64,000 nucleotides of DNA from Octopus sinensis (GCF_006345805.1 NC_042999.1:80104001-80168000); one strand, 5' to 3'. Positions 42,433-53,781 are shown, numbered from the stretch's first letter. Notes: generated from the letters alone by a model not told the origin. A program made the numbers and translations.

Positions 42433-43590
42433 ATGTATGCATAAGTGTATGTATCTATATTTTTGTGTATGTGTGCGTGCGTGTATGTGATATGTTTATC
42501 TGTTTGCGTGTGTATACGCATATGTATGTGTGTGTGTGTGACTTATTTTTCTCCCATTCCCCCTCTTTTCATATGCTATAAGTGAACTCATCCATAATTT
42601 TTGTTACTTAATTCCTGAAGTAGCGTAGGCGAAACAATATATTTTGTCGGACTAACGACTGCAGATTAAATATTCTGTATATACATTTATATGTGTGTAC
42701 GTGTGTGTGTGTCTTCGCCTCACATCTTAATCGGTGTTCGTTTGTATTCGTCATCGTAACGTAGCAGTACGGCAATAAATGCCGACAGAATAATTACGAA
42801 ACTTAAAAAAGAATGTCTTGGGGGTCAATTCGACTAAAACTTTAAAACAACACCCCAGCATGGGCGCAGTTCAATGATTGAAATAAATAAAAAAAAAAGG
42901 ACACACAGACACACACACACAATAAGCGCTTCACTGTGTCAAGGCTATCACAACTTAATTCAATAAAAACCAAAAACAGAAGCATCCGAAAATAAATAAA
43001 ATAATACGTATATACAAAAGCAACAGTCTATAAAATAAATGAAAAGTGAATACATACGCGGAAAGGGACACGAAAATTTTTGAACTTTAAAATTACTTAA
43101 CATACACATTTAGAATGAAACCGCCCGCTGCGCCAGATAACTTAAGTAGATACGTTTTTAGTGTTATTATCGTGGTTGTTACCATTCTTAGTTTTTTTTT
43201 TCTTCCTTTCTCTTTTTATTTCACCCTCTTGTCGGAATGGCTCTCTAATGGAAATTTTATTGTTCCTCTTAATGTGTCTACACTATAATGTGGTAGGTAA
43301 GCGAGTCAATTTAAGAGGACTTCGCTTAATTTATATTATAATCTACGGCGGTTTTAATACCTATTAATAGAACATCTCGTTCAGATCAACATATATTTCC
43401 CGCCATCTTTCTTACGTTTTATGTCTAAAGTGTTTTTACATGGTAGGATGAGGGTGGATAAGGCGGTGAAGAGTTTAACTGGCACGCCTTATTGTTTGGT
43501 AGAGAGCTGCTGGCAGAATCGTTAGCACATCGGACAAAATGCTTAGCGTCTTCACGTTTCGAGTTCAAAATCCGTCAAAGTCGACTTTGC

Positions 43591-44156
43591 GGATCTTTAC
43601 CTTTTGACCTACAGATTTAAAAAACAATTTTTTGTAACTAAACACTTTCAAACCTCGGACTCTGGTAGAATGTGTCATATAAAACATCTTTTACTCTTAG
43701 CATTTTTGAGAAAAACTTCTATTTACGAAGTTATTTCACGTTAAAGTTCTCGTATTTCGGTAATTTCAACTAATCAATGACGCGCATTCTGCTGAATAAA
43801 ATTACAACTATCGGCGGTGTATTTTTCGTTTGTCAGTGTTACATATGACATCGTTCGTGCGTTTGTACAGGTTTTAGGGTTGTCATAAATAACAGTGACA
43901 AACGAAATATACACCGCCGGAAGTTCTTGTTGACAAACAACAGCAGTAATTTTATTCAGCTGAATACACGTCATTGGTTGAAATTACCGAAATACGAGAA
44001 CTTTAACGTGAAATAACTTCGTAAATATAAGCTTTTCTCAAAAATGCTAAGAGTAAAGATATTTTAATCTGACACATTATACCAGAGTCCGAAGTTTCAA
44101 AGTGCTTAGTCACAAAAAATTATTTTTTAAATCTGTAGGTCAAAATGTAAAGATCC
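43591..44156. mobile_element. 566-bp foldback MITE (~250-bp arms) inserted into a SINE, 8-bp TSD
   Basis: GGATCTTTAC...GTAAAGATCC with near-continuous complementarity to ~43840/43890; GACTTTGC at 43583-43590 and 44157-44164 splits the SINE motif GTCGACTTTGCCTTTCATCC. Confidence 0.95.
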
Positions 44157-44629
44157 GACTTTGCTTTTCATCCATTCGGGCTCAATAAAATAAGTATCAG
44201 TTCAGAGCACTTGGGTCGATGGAACCGCTAAATCCCCTTACCCAGAATTTCAGGCCTTGTGTCGATAGCAGAAAAAATTATTTGGCAGAATAATTTGTTA
44301 TAGCTTCGGACAAAATGCTTTACTGTATTTTCATTCGAGTCTTTAAGTTCTGAGTTCAAATCACACCGTGGTCAACTTTTTCATTTCACCCCTCTGGTGT
44401 CGATAAAATAAAACATAGTCGATTTATTCGACTAAACCCTCTCCCCACCAAATTTGTGGTTTTGTGCCTATGTTCGCTCTTCCCCACTGTCGTCATCATT
44501 AGAATTTGTAAATACACAGAGTAATAGTGAGTGTAACATGTACAGACTGTCATACAGTAGGACGTTCAAGTGCACAGTGTGATTGGTCATTGACTACTGG
44601 AAATAAGGTATAACTAGGAAGAAGGTTCT

Positions 44630-44928
44630 GGAGGCGCAATGGCCCAGCGGTTAGGGCAGCGGAGGATCGCGGTTTCGATTCCCAGACCGGGCGTTGAGTG
44701 TGTTTATTGAGCGAAAACACCTAAAAGCTCCACGAGGCTCTGCCAGGGGGTGGTGGCCAACCCTGTTGTACTCTTTCGCCATAACTTTCTCTCACTCTCT
44801 CTTCCTGTTTCTTGAGTAACGCTGCGATGGACAGGCGTCCCGTCCAGCTGGGGGGAACACATATGCCACAGAAACCGGGAAACCGGGCCCATGAGCCTGG
44901 CTAGGCTTGAAAAGGGCGAAAAAAAAAG
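44630..44928 (+). mobile_element. Full-length tRNA-derived SINE with A-tail and 13-bp TSD
   Basis: Head GGAGGCGCAATGGCCCAGCGG...GGTTTCGATTCCC; A9 tail; GGAAGAAGGTTCT at 44617-44629 and 44929-44941. Confidence 0.92.
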
Positions 44929-45089
44929 GGAAGAAGGTTCTAGGAATTGAACCTGGTCATCTGGCATGCAGTGGGTGTATTAAATCAGGACTGATCAGTG
45001 GCTACGCAACAACTTTATTCGTAACAGTTTCGACGATTAAGAAAATTGTAAATTCGTTTCACATTTTGGCACAAGGCCAGAAATTTTAG

Positions 45090-46226
45090 GGGGGGGGAGT
45101 AAGTAATTGGTACTTATTTTATCGCCCCCCACCGAAAGGATGAAAGGTAATTTGAACTCAGAACGTTAGGACAGACGAAAAGCATTTTGCCTGGCGTTCT
45201 AACGATTCAGCCAAGCACGCCTCCTTTATCTCGATAAAGTACAAGGATCTTAAATCATAAAACACAACCGATTCACTAGTAACAACAAACAGTTTGATGT
45301 GATAAGAGAATAAGTTGGAAGCGGGTGCAAACTCAGATCCACATTCTTTTTGCAAACAAGGTCGACTTTTTCAATCTTATATCAAAATAGACACAGGTAT
45401 GATAATAGTAATTATCATATTTTTACATCAATCAAATCAGATAAATCTAATAGAAAGGTAATCTTTCAAATCACTAAAAAATGTTCTAACGCTCGTTGTT
45501 CGTTTTGGCGATGGGGATTTTCAGGAGAACGTTCAGTGTTTTAATTACCCACCGGCAGAAATGTTAGCACGCTGGGCGAAATGCTTAGCGGTATTTCGTC
45601 TGCCGCTATGTTCTGAGTTCAAATTCCGCCGAGGTCGACTTTGCCTTTCATCCTTTCGGGGTCGATTAAATAAGTACCAGTTACGCACTGGAGTCGATAT
45701 AATCGACTTAATCCGTTTGTCCTTGTTTGTCCTCTCTGTGTTTGGCCCCTTGTGGGTAGTAAAGAAATAGGTATTTCGTCTGCCGCTACATTCTGAGTTC
45801 AAATTCCGCCGAAGTTGACTTTGCCTTTCATCCTTTCCGGGTCGATTAAATAAGTACTAGTTACGCACTGGAGTCGATATAATCGACTTAATCCATTTGT
45901 CTGTCCTCGGCGGCAGATGAAATACCTATTTCTTTACTACACATTAGGGGCTAAACACAGAAGGGACAAACAAGGACAGACAAACGGATTAAGTCGATTA
46001 TATCGACCCCAGTGCGTAACCTCGGCGGAATTTGAACTCAGAACGTAGCGGCAGACGAAATACCGCTAAGCATTTCACCCCAATGCTCAACTAGTAGTTA
46101 ATTTATCGACCCCGAAAGGAGGAAAAGCAAAGTCGACCTCGGCAGTATTTGAACTCAGAACGTAAAGACGGAAGAAATGCCGCTAAGCATTTTGTCCGGC
46201 GCACTAACAATTCTGCCAGCCCGCCG

Positions 46227-46232
<6 letters not shown>
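45090..46232. mobile_element. Cluster of family-A SINE copies in tandem and inverted orientation
   Basis: Minus 45090-45220, plus 45553-45905 (tandem units), minus 45907-46232; repeated TTCTGAGTTCAAATTCCGCCGAGGTCGAC core. Confidence 0.9.
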
Positions 46233-46264
<32 letters not shown>

Positions 46265-47136
46265 TAGGCACAAGGCCTGAAATTTTAAGAGGAAGGAGGC
46301 CAGTCGATTACATCCATCCTATTACTTAATTTTGCTGGTGCTTATTCTATCGGCCCAAATTGCCGAACCAATAAATTATGAGGACGTAAAAACTCCAACA
46401 CCGGTTGTCAAGTGTTAGTGAATACACATATACGTAAACAACAGGCTTCATTCAGTTTCCGTCTACCAAATGCACTCAAAACAGGGCTTTGGTCAGCCTA
46501 TGCATATAGAAGACAAGTGGGATTGATCCAGGAACCATTGTGGTTGGGAAGCGAACTTCACTCTCGACACATTTAGGCACAAACGATACAGGGCCAAACA
46601 TAAGGGCGTGGTTGAAGGTGTGCAAAATTTTGATATCAGTATTCTGTGATGTGCCTTAACATATAAGATACACTACGTATGTTTTCGTATAAGCCTTTCA
46701 GCACAAACAATATTTCAATGTGAATTAACAATGTATGCATGTGAGCTGTGTGTTTGTAACATAACGAGTTGTTCTGTAAGTGTGTATCTATTCAATGTGA
46801 ATGTGTAAGTTGAAATGCGTCTTCTGAATGTAGAAGAGGCGCTTAAGGTGAAGGTGCATGGTTATCGGTGAGCGTGCGTACGTATAGTTTTGTAATGTTC
46901 TGTAAGTTGATCTGGTCTAAATAGTGTGTGTGTGTGTGTGTGTGCGTATGTAGGTTAGTGTGAGTGTAATTAGCAAATGTGTACTACTACAAAGATCTGC
47001 TAAAATCATCAAAGTAGTTAATGCAAAACAAAAAGAAACCGAGAAAAAAATATACGAAAGAAAAAAAAATCAAGACAGGAGGAGCGGAGGATAGCGAGAG
47101 GATGGGTGAAGAACTATCTATAATTTATCATGTCTG

Positions 47137-47185
<49 letters not shown>

Positions 47186-47811
47186 TCTACACACACACAC
47201 TTATACGCAGATACAACCACAAACAGATGTACACAATGCCTACCCACATATACAAAGAAGCTATCGAAGGCACATGTATTGCATACATAGCATATACGAA
47301 TCTACATTGCGTATCTTTACACATACGTACAACACATACGTCTAAGTACACATATAATACAGGCATATACACATACACAAACAATAAGGTGTATATATAC
47401 ATAAACACAGACGTCATGACACCAAAAACATACATACACCTTGTATCAACACAGAGTAACATACAAGAGTTATTCGTGTATCGTCAATCATAACCATATA
47501 TATAGCATATATATAGCGGCATTTGTTGTATACACACTTACATAGATAACTAAATAAAGCAACCCACATTCATACCCCTTCCCTACCTGTACGCATGTCA
47601 CACATACACACAATTCCCGAAACAATTCTCTGCACCACCACTGCCAAAACTATAAAAATATAAAGCAATAATAAAACGAATTACACAGACACACACACAC
47701 GTGCCGCAAGATGCATTGCATTCTTAGGCAAAACACTTCATCTCACCATTGCTCCATCCACTTCACTCTGGCAAAAATGAGTATAGGGAATACATATATA
47801 TTTCAAAATGT

Positions 47812-48010
47812 AACCACATGTGAATCGTTGGCGATTTTTCCCCCTCCGTCTTCCTTTTCTATTGGACTTTGTTTCAGAAGAGCTTTGCTCGAAACGTAAA
47901 ACCACATTTCTTTCCTTCTTTGAGAGTCTGATAATACTTTACATGTACAACGTGCTCGCGTTTTTTTTTCTTTATTTACTATTATATATATACTCTTTTA
48001 CTCGTTTTAG
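47812..48010 (+). mobile_element. ~200-bp repeat with decayed minimal hammerhead (second copy 9625-9830, minus)
   Basis: ACCACATGTGAATCGTTGGCGATTTT...GTTT-C[TGA lost]AGA-A-GAGC-TTT-GCTC-GAAAC-GT-A-AAAC; the minus-strand copy keeps CTGAAGA-A-GAGC-GTT-GCTC. Confidence 0.7.
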
Positions 48011-48069
48011 CTATGTGGCAACGGTCATGCTGGAGAACTACCATGGTATATATATATATACCATGGTGG

Positions 48070-48230
48070 TTGCGACGACGAGAGTCCCAGCTGATTCGAT
48101 CAACGGAACAGCTTGCTCGTGAAATTAACGTGCAAGTGGCTGAGCACTCCACAGACGCGTGTGTACCCTTGACGTAGTTCTCAGGGAGATTCAGCGCGTC
48201 ACAGTGTGACAAGACCGGGCCTTTGAAATA
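48070..48230 (+). mobile_element. SINE core fragment abutting the tRNA/hammerhead element
   Basis: GATCAACGGAACAGCTTGCTCGTGAAATTAACGTGCAAGTGGCTGAGCACTCCACAGAC..., which I recognise as a common cephalopod SINE body (Nin/Deu-type domain, tentative). Confidence 0.55.
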
Positions 48231-48231
48231 C

Positions 48232-48472
48232 GGGCATATGGCGTAGTGGTTAAGAGCGCAGGCTACTAAGCCTAAGATTCCGAGTTCGATTCCAGGCATT
48301 GACCTGGATAATAATAATGATAACAACAACATCGAAAAATACCCCAAGACACCTGATGAAGGCTAGAGGGTATATCAACCGAAACATTGTATTAACAAAC
48401 AAGATGAAGACAAATATCCGTCAAATGTAAATAATGTGCATAATTCCTCATCTCTTAAGTATAGAACTGTAA
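48232..48472 (+). mobile_element. tRNA-headed SINE-like element carrying a decayed minimal hammerhead motif
   Basis: A box TGGCGTAGTGG (48239-48249), B box GAGTTCGATTCC (48282-48293), (AAT)n spacer, then GACAC-CTGATGA-A-GGCTA..CAACC-GAAAC-ATT-GTATT (48348-48393). Confidence 0.75.
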
Positions 48473-50999
48473 CAGCAGTACTCTATGAAGGTGTCATTAA
48501 TTCGCATACCGAAAGTGTTCACTCTATAAATACCAGCGTACACACACACATATATATATACGCCAAAGAATCTTATGAGCCCATGGCTCGGGAAGAATCG
48601 TTGAGTTCTTTTGCGATACGCGCGCGCACATACACACACACACGTTCAGCGTTAGCTATTAGATTAGTCTCTTGTTGTTCTGAGACCATCTGTGGATGCA
48701 AGCTACGACAGTGTAACATGACTGGAGACATTGCACCCACATGCGAAACTCAGAGCAGAAGAGACTGACTCTACCAAAATAGTGGCTGTGTGGTAAGGAA
48801 TTTGATTCCCAACCACATGGCTCCGGGTTTAGCTCCACTGTGTGGAACCTTAGGGCAAGTGACCTCTACTATAACCTGTCTACCAAATCCACTCGCAAGT
48901 CTTGCGAGTGGATTTGGTAGACAGAAACTGAAAGAAGCTCGTCCTGTGTGTGATGTGTTCATTATATAGGCGCAAGCACGTATAACATTTGCTTTCCGAC
49001 CTCGTGGTATCAGGTTAAATCCCAATGCATTTTGGGCAAGCGTCTTCTGCTATAGGTCCGGGACTGCCAAAGCTTTCCGAGTTGACATAATAAACAGAAA
49101 ACTAAAAACAAGCTCGTCGTAGATATAAACACATGCACACTCAAGCGCTTCTGCCTTGTGTGCGTGAATGCGTTACGTGTGTTTATTGACATCTTCGCTC
49201 GAAAGGTTTTCGTTTATCCCACAGTCGTTCGATCTGTTTTGGTATTTCTTTTAATAACTTCTACGTTCGAGACGTGAGCTCGAAGACGTGTGAAAAAAAC
49301 CAAAAAAAAACCGGCGAAGTGTTAGCGTCAGTAAAACAATGCTTCGGTATTATAGGCGTCTAATTCCTGTTAGGGATGAAAACGGACTTCCATAAGAGCT
49401 GACATGATTCTGTTGCTGTTTGCACGTTGACTGCATGTCATACACACACAGAGATCCAGATCCACAATAATTATCTCTCCTTGCCGCTTTATCTTTCTCC
49501 CGCTCTCTCATTCTTCTTCCCACACCATTTCATGTAGCAAGCTCGTAGATTTTCCCCATTATACTTCTCTTTCTTCTTTTCTTACGAACTATGCAGTGGC
49601 CGCACTCGTTAAAAGTTTCACCCTATCAGGTTATATTTGGGAGAAAGTCAATATTTAATTTTCCTCTCTGCTGGCATCCTCTCTCAGATCGAACAACTAC
49701 CTTGTCATTAATACTCTGTATCTGTCGTCAATGTTTATGATCCCAGTCATGTCGCTATGCTCTGTGATTTTAGCCATAAAACTTGATTCGCTTTGTTCCG
49801 TCCGTAGCATGGCTCCTTCGGATGAGTGATTCCATGTTTCCCGGTGCTGAAATCGTAATGACGGATAAAAAATATGGCTGACAAAGTGAGTATATTCGCG
49901 CTTGTTTATTTGTTCTTTCCGTTAACTGTTATAGAAGTCTTTTTCTTATTTTATACACGCGTACACACACACATGCATACACACGTGTGAGCGCGTCTGC
50001 ACATACATGTACCACACTACAATCCACATTTACATTTCCCGAACTTATTAACAAATATGGCTTTAAAATTCACAATAGGCTGAACAGAGAGGTTTTGTCT
50101 CAAATTAAACTCAGAAAACTATATTCCAAGTACATAGTAATTCGTTCAGAAAATCACACTTCGTCTTTCAGACGATCACGCACTCTTTAAATCTGGTCTA
50201 AAATTAGTACAGCGTAAAAGTAATAACTATGAGCGTCTTGTAATACTAGTATCAAAGTAATGCAATGTGATATACTAAGTAACTTAATCTAAAATCGCAA
50301 AATCAATTACCACAAGTTGCAGGCAAATTACATTTTTCAAGTCATGGCATCTGAGACATTCAGAGAAGCTGGGCTGCTCACCACAAATTCTTTTGCTTTT
50401 TTTTTTTTGATGTCTCATTTGACCATGTTATCAGGGAAGGTCTGTGAGGGTGCACATCTGCTAAAACATCCAAAACGTGCAATAGTTTGTGGTAACAGTA
50501 CGTGTTGGGTTACTTCTATTGATAAAGAAAAAATTGTGATGTTCGAATTTAGCTTTTAATACAAGTCAAATATGAAAATAAAAGCTTGCTCCAAAATTCA
50601 GTACTAGTATCAATGCAATCTGAAAGAAGCAACTTATTCTAAAATCACAACTAATCTGTACATTGCCGTCATAATCATCATCATCGCCATCGTCGTCGTC
50701 CACATTTCCATGTCTACATGGGTCAGATGGAATTTTGCCGAGACAGCTGTTCTATAGCTAAATGCCCTTCCTGTTGCTAACTCTCACCCGTTTCCAAGAA
50801 AGGTAATATTTTCTACTTGATCAAACATATTTAAATGGAAGATGAATGGACACCACTTACATGATAGTGACATATGTTTACAACTATCACAGAATGCAAA
50901 GAGACGACAACACACACACACAAGCAAACATAAGTATATGCATATATATATAACTCACACCTCAACTTCTCCTCCCACCCTAAACACACCAAGCTTTTC

Positions 51000-51650
51000 A
51001 CCCCCTATTCCCAATTCCTCCGTCTATGCAGGCTCTGTAGTGACGATCGCGACTTTGAGACTCAGTCTCAACTTATGGCTCGTCACTTCATCCTACGTGG
51101 ATATCGCCTCACCACTATCCACAACGCCTTGCCAGAGCAAGTTCCGTGGACCGTGCATCTGCTCCCTCCCCACCCCGCCATCTCCCGTTTCCCTCACCTA
51201 CCACCCCACCACCTTACCTCTCCAACACACCATTCTCCGAGCCTTTCGGCGACTCCAGTCCAGCCCTTCCACTTCGCACATCTTCTCTAACCGATCCCTC
51301 CCCTCCTTCAAACGAGCCCACAACCTACAAAACCTCTTGGTCCACAACTTCTTCCTTAACCCAACTTCCCAAGCCGGCTCGTTTCACTGCTCCCGCACTT
51401 GTTCTTACCTCTCCAACACCACCCTCCTCACCGGTACCCATCATCGACTCTATCATGTCACCAACTCCTTCACCTGCACTTCTATCAATGTCATCAACTG
51501 CATCTCCAGCTCTCTTTGCCCTTCTCTATATATCGGGCAAATGGGATGCTGCTTCACTGACAGGTTTACGGAATACCTCCGAGACGTCCGACTCGGCAAT
51601 GACACCCCGGTCTCACGACATTTCCGCTCTTCATTCTTCATTTTCGTACA
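51000..51650 (+). mobile_element. Penelope-like element (RT thumb + GIY-YIG), degenerate
   Basis: PYSQFLRLCRLCSDDRDFE..., LPSFKRAHNLQNLLV, FTCTSINVINCISSSLCPSLYIGQMG...DRFTEYLRDVR..NDTPVSRHF; classic PLE endonuclease motifs. Confidence 0.9.
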
Positions 51651-52116
51651 TCTACCATGATTCCATTTCTCACATCTCACACACAACGCTGCATTTGCCA
51701 ATATATATATATATATATCATCATCATCATCATTTAATGTTCGTTTTCCATGCTAGCATGGGTTGGACGATTTTGACTGAGGGCTGGCAACCAGATGGCT
51801 GCACCAGGCTCCAGTCTTGATCTGGCAGTTTCTACAGCTGGATACCCTTCCTAACGCCAATATATATATATATATATACATATATATACATTTATATATA
51901 TACATATATATACATACATATATATATACATTTATATATATACATACATATATAACATATATATACATATACATATATATACATATATATACATACATAT
52001 ATACATACATATATTATATATACATATATATATATATAATATATATATATATACATATATACATATACATATATATATACATATACATATATATATATAC
52101 ATATATATACATATAC

Positions 52117-52147
<31 letters not shown>

Positions 52148-52859
52148 CATACATATACATACATACATATATACACACACACACACATGTATACCATACA
52201 AATACACAAACACAAACGCACACATATAAAACAGTGTAATTGAACAAATTCAAGTGTACTAAATTACTGTTGTTTCAACAATGATGATGATGATGATGAT
52301 CATAAAAATAATAATCGTAATAATATCACAATCCTTATCAATGTTATCATTATTATTATTATTGTTATTATTATTATTATTTTTATCATCATCATCATCA
52401 TCATCATCTGTATTTATAAAAATACATATGTAAGCATATATCATTCATGTCACTGGTATTATTTATATCTGTGGGCTATTTGCGTGAAGAATTATATGAT
52501 ATAAATATACTTCTGTTTGCGCGCGCGTGTGTGTGTGTATCTTGATATGAATAAGCGAATACATAAAGAGAGACACAAACACACACACATATATATATAT
52601 ATACACACACATACACAAGTATTGCGTGTCAGAGTTTTAACCAATCTTGTGAAATACCTGAAGCAAAAAAATACTCTCCAAAACAAACTCTAATTAACAA
52701 GTTCTGACACCTCTGCTACACCCACTGCTACCCTGCTACTCATGCACCACCCAAATAACGATAATGTTTAGTTACCTCTTTTTCTTTTTCTTGGAACCAA
52801 AACCACCCAAGTGATTAAATAACATGTATCTACACGATATGCATAATCATACTCATGAA

Positions 52860-52894
<35 letters not shown>

Positions 52895-53031
52895 ATATAT
52901 ATGTAAAGATAAACTTGGAAATGGATGCGTGGCTTTCAATCAAATAATATAAATAATATATATATATATATATACAAATATACATACATGTATATGTATA
53001 TAGGTATGCATGTATGGGTACAGGACGTCAC

Positions 53032-53245
53032 AAAACGTAAACAACATGAAATACGAAAACAAAGTTGGGTATGCAAAGAACAAGAGAAACAAATGGAAAA
53101 CAAGCACGCTTGGAAAAAGGAGTAGAAGGACAGCTGATAACTGATGAAGGGTCATTTATTTATGTTACGTTTCTTGTTTTCCATTTGTTTCTCTCGTTCT
53201 TTGGGTACCCAACTTAATTTTCGTATTTCATGTTGTTTATGTTTT
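53032..53245. repeat. Inverted repeat, 73-bp arms with 68-bp spacer
   Basis: AAAACGTAAACAACATGAAATACGAAAA...GGAAAACAAG (53032-53104) vs CTTGTTTTCC...TTTCGTATTTCATGTTGTTTATGTTTT (53173-53245). Confidence 0.9.
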
Positions 53246-53381
53246 ATCATGCTAGCATGGAGAATGGACGTTAAACGATGATGATGATGATGATGATGTC
53301 CTGCACCCATATATGCGTACCTATATACATATATATGTATGTATGTATATATGATTATATATATATCATATGTATATATAT

Positions 53382-53781
53382 GGCAAGTGAAATCGAAATC
53401 GAAATCGGAATCGAAATTGAACCAATCCTATGACTGGCACCCGGCAGATGCCAGGACCCCTGGACTGGTGGTACGTAAAAAGCACTATCCGAATCGTGGC
53501 CGATGCCAGCGCCGCCTCGACTGGCTTCCGTGCCAGTGGCACATAAAATGCACCAATCCGACCGTGGCCGTTGCCAGCCTCGCCTGGCACCTGTGCAGGT
53601 GGCACGTAAAAAGCATCCACTACACTCACAGAGTGGTTGGCATTAGGAAGGGCATCCAGCTGTAGAAACATTGCCAGAGAAGACTGGAGCCTGGTGCAGC
53701 CTTCTGGCTTCCCAGATCCCCGGTCGAACCATCCAACCCATGCTAGCCTGGAGAACGGACATTAAACGATGATGATGATGA
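53382..53781 (+). mobile_element. 3' UTR/tail of the PHD-RTE family (5'-truncated copy or partner SINE)
   Basis: Shares the GTGCC..GGCAC-GTAAAAAGCAC units and GGAAGGGCATCCAGCTGTAGAAAC...CCCATGCTAGC...(GAT)n with 19180-19626. Similar tails at 34700-35090(-), 51718-51860(-), 53893-54030(-), 57560-57730(-), 63135-63350(+). Confidence 0.9.

Noticed and set aside
48232-48300. tRNA genes at SINE heads (also 42029, 44630, 61771)
   Set aside because: A/B boxes are present but there is no complete cloverleaf, and each continues into a repeat body.
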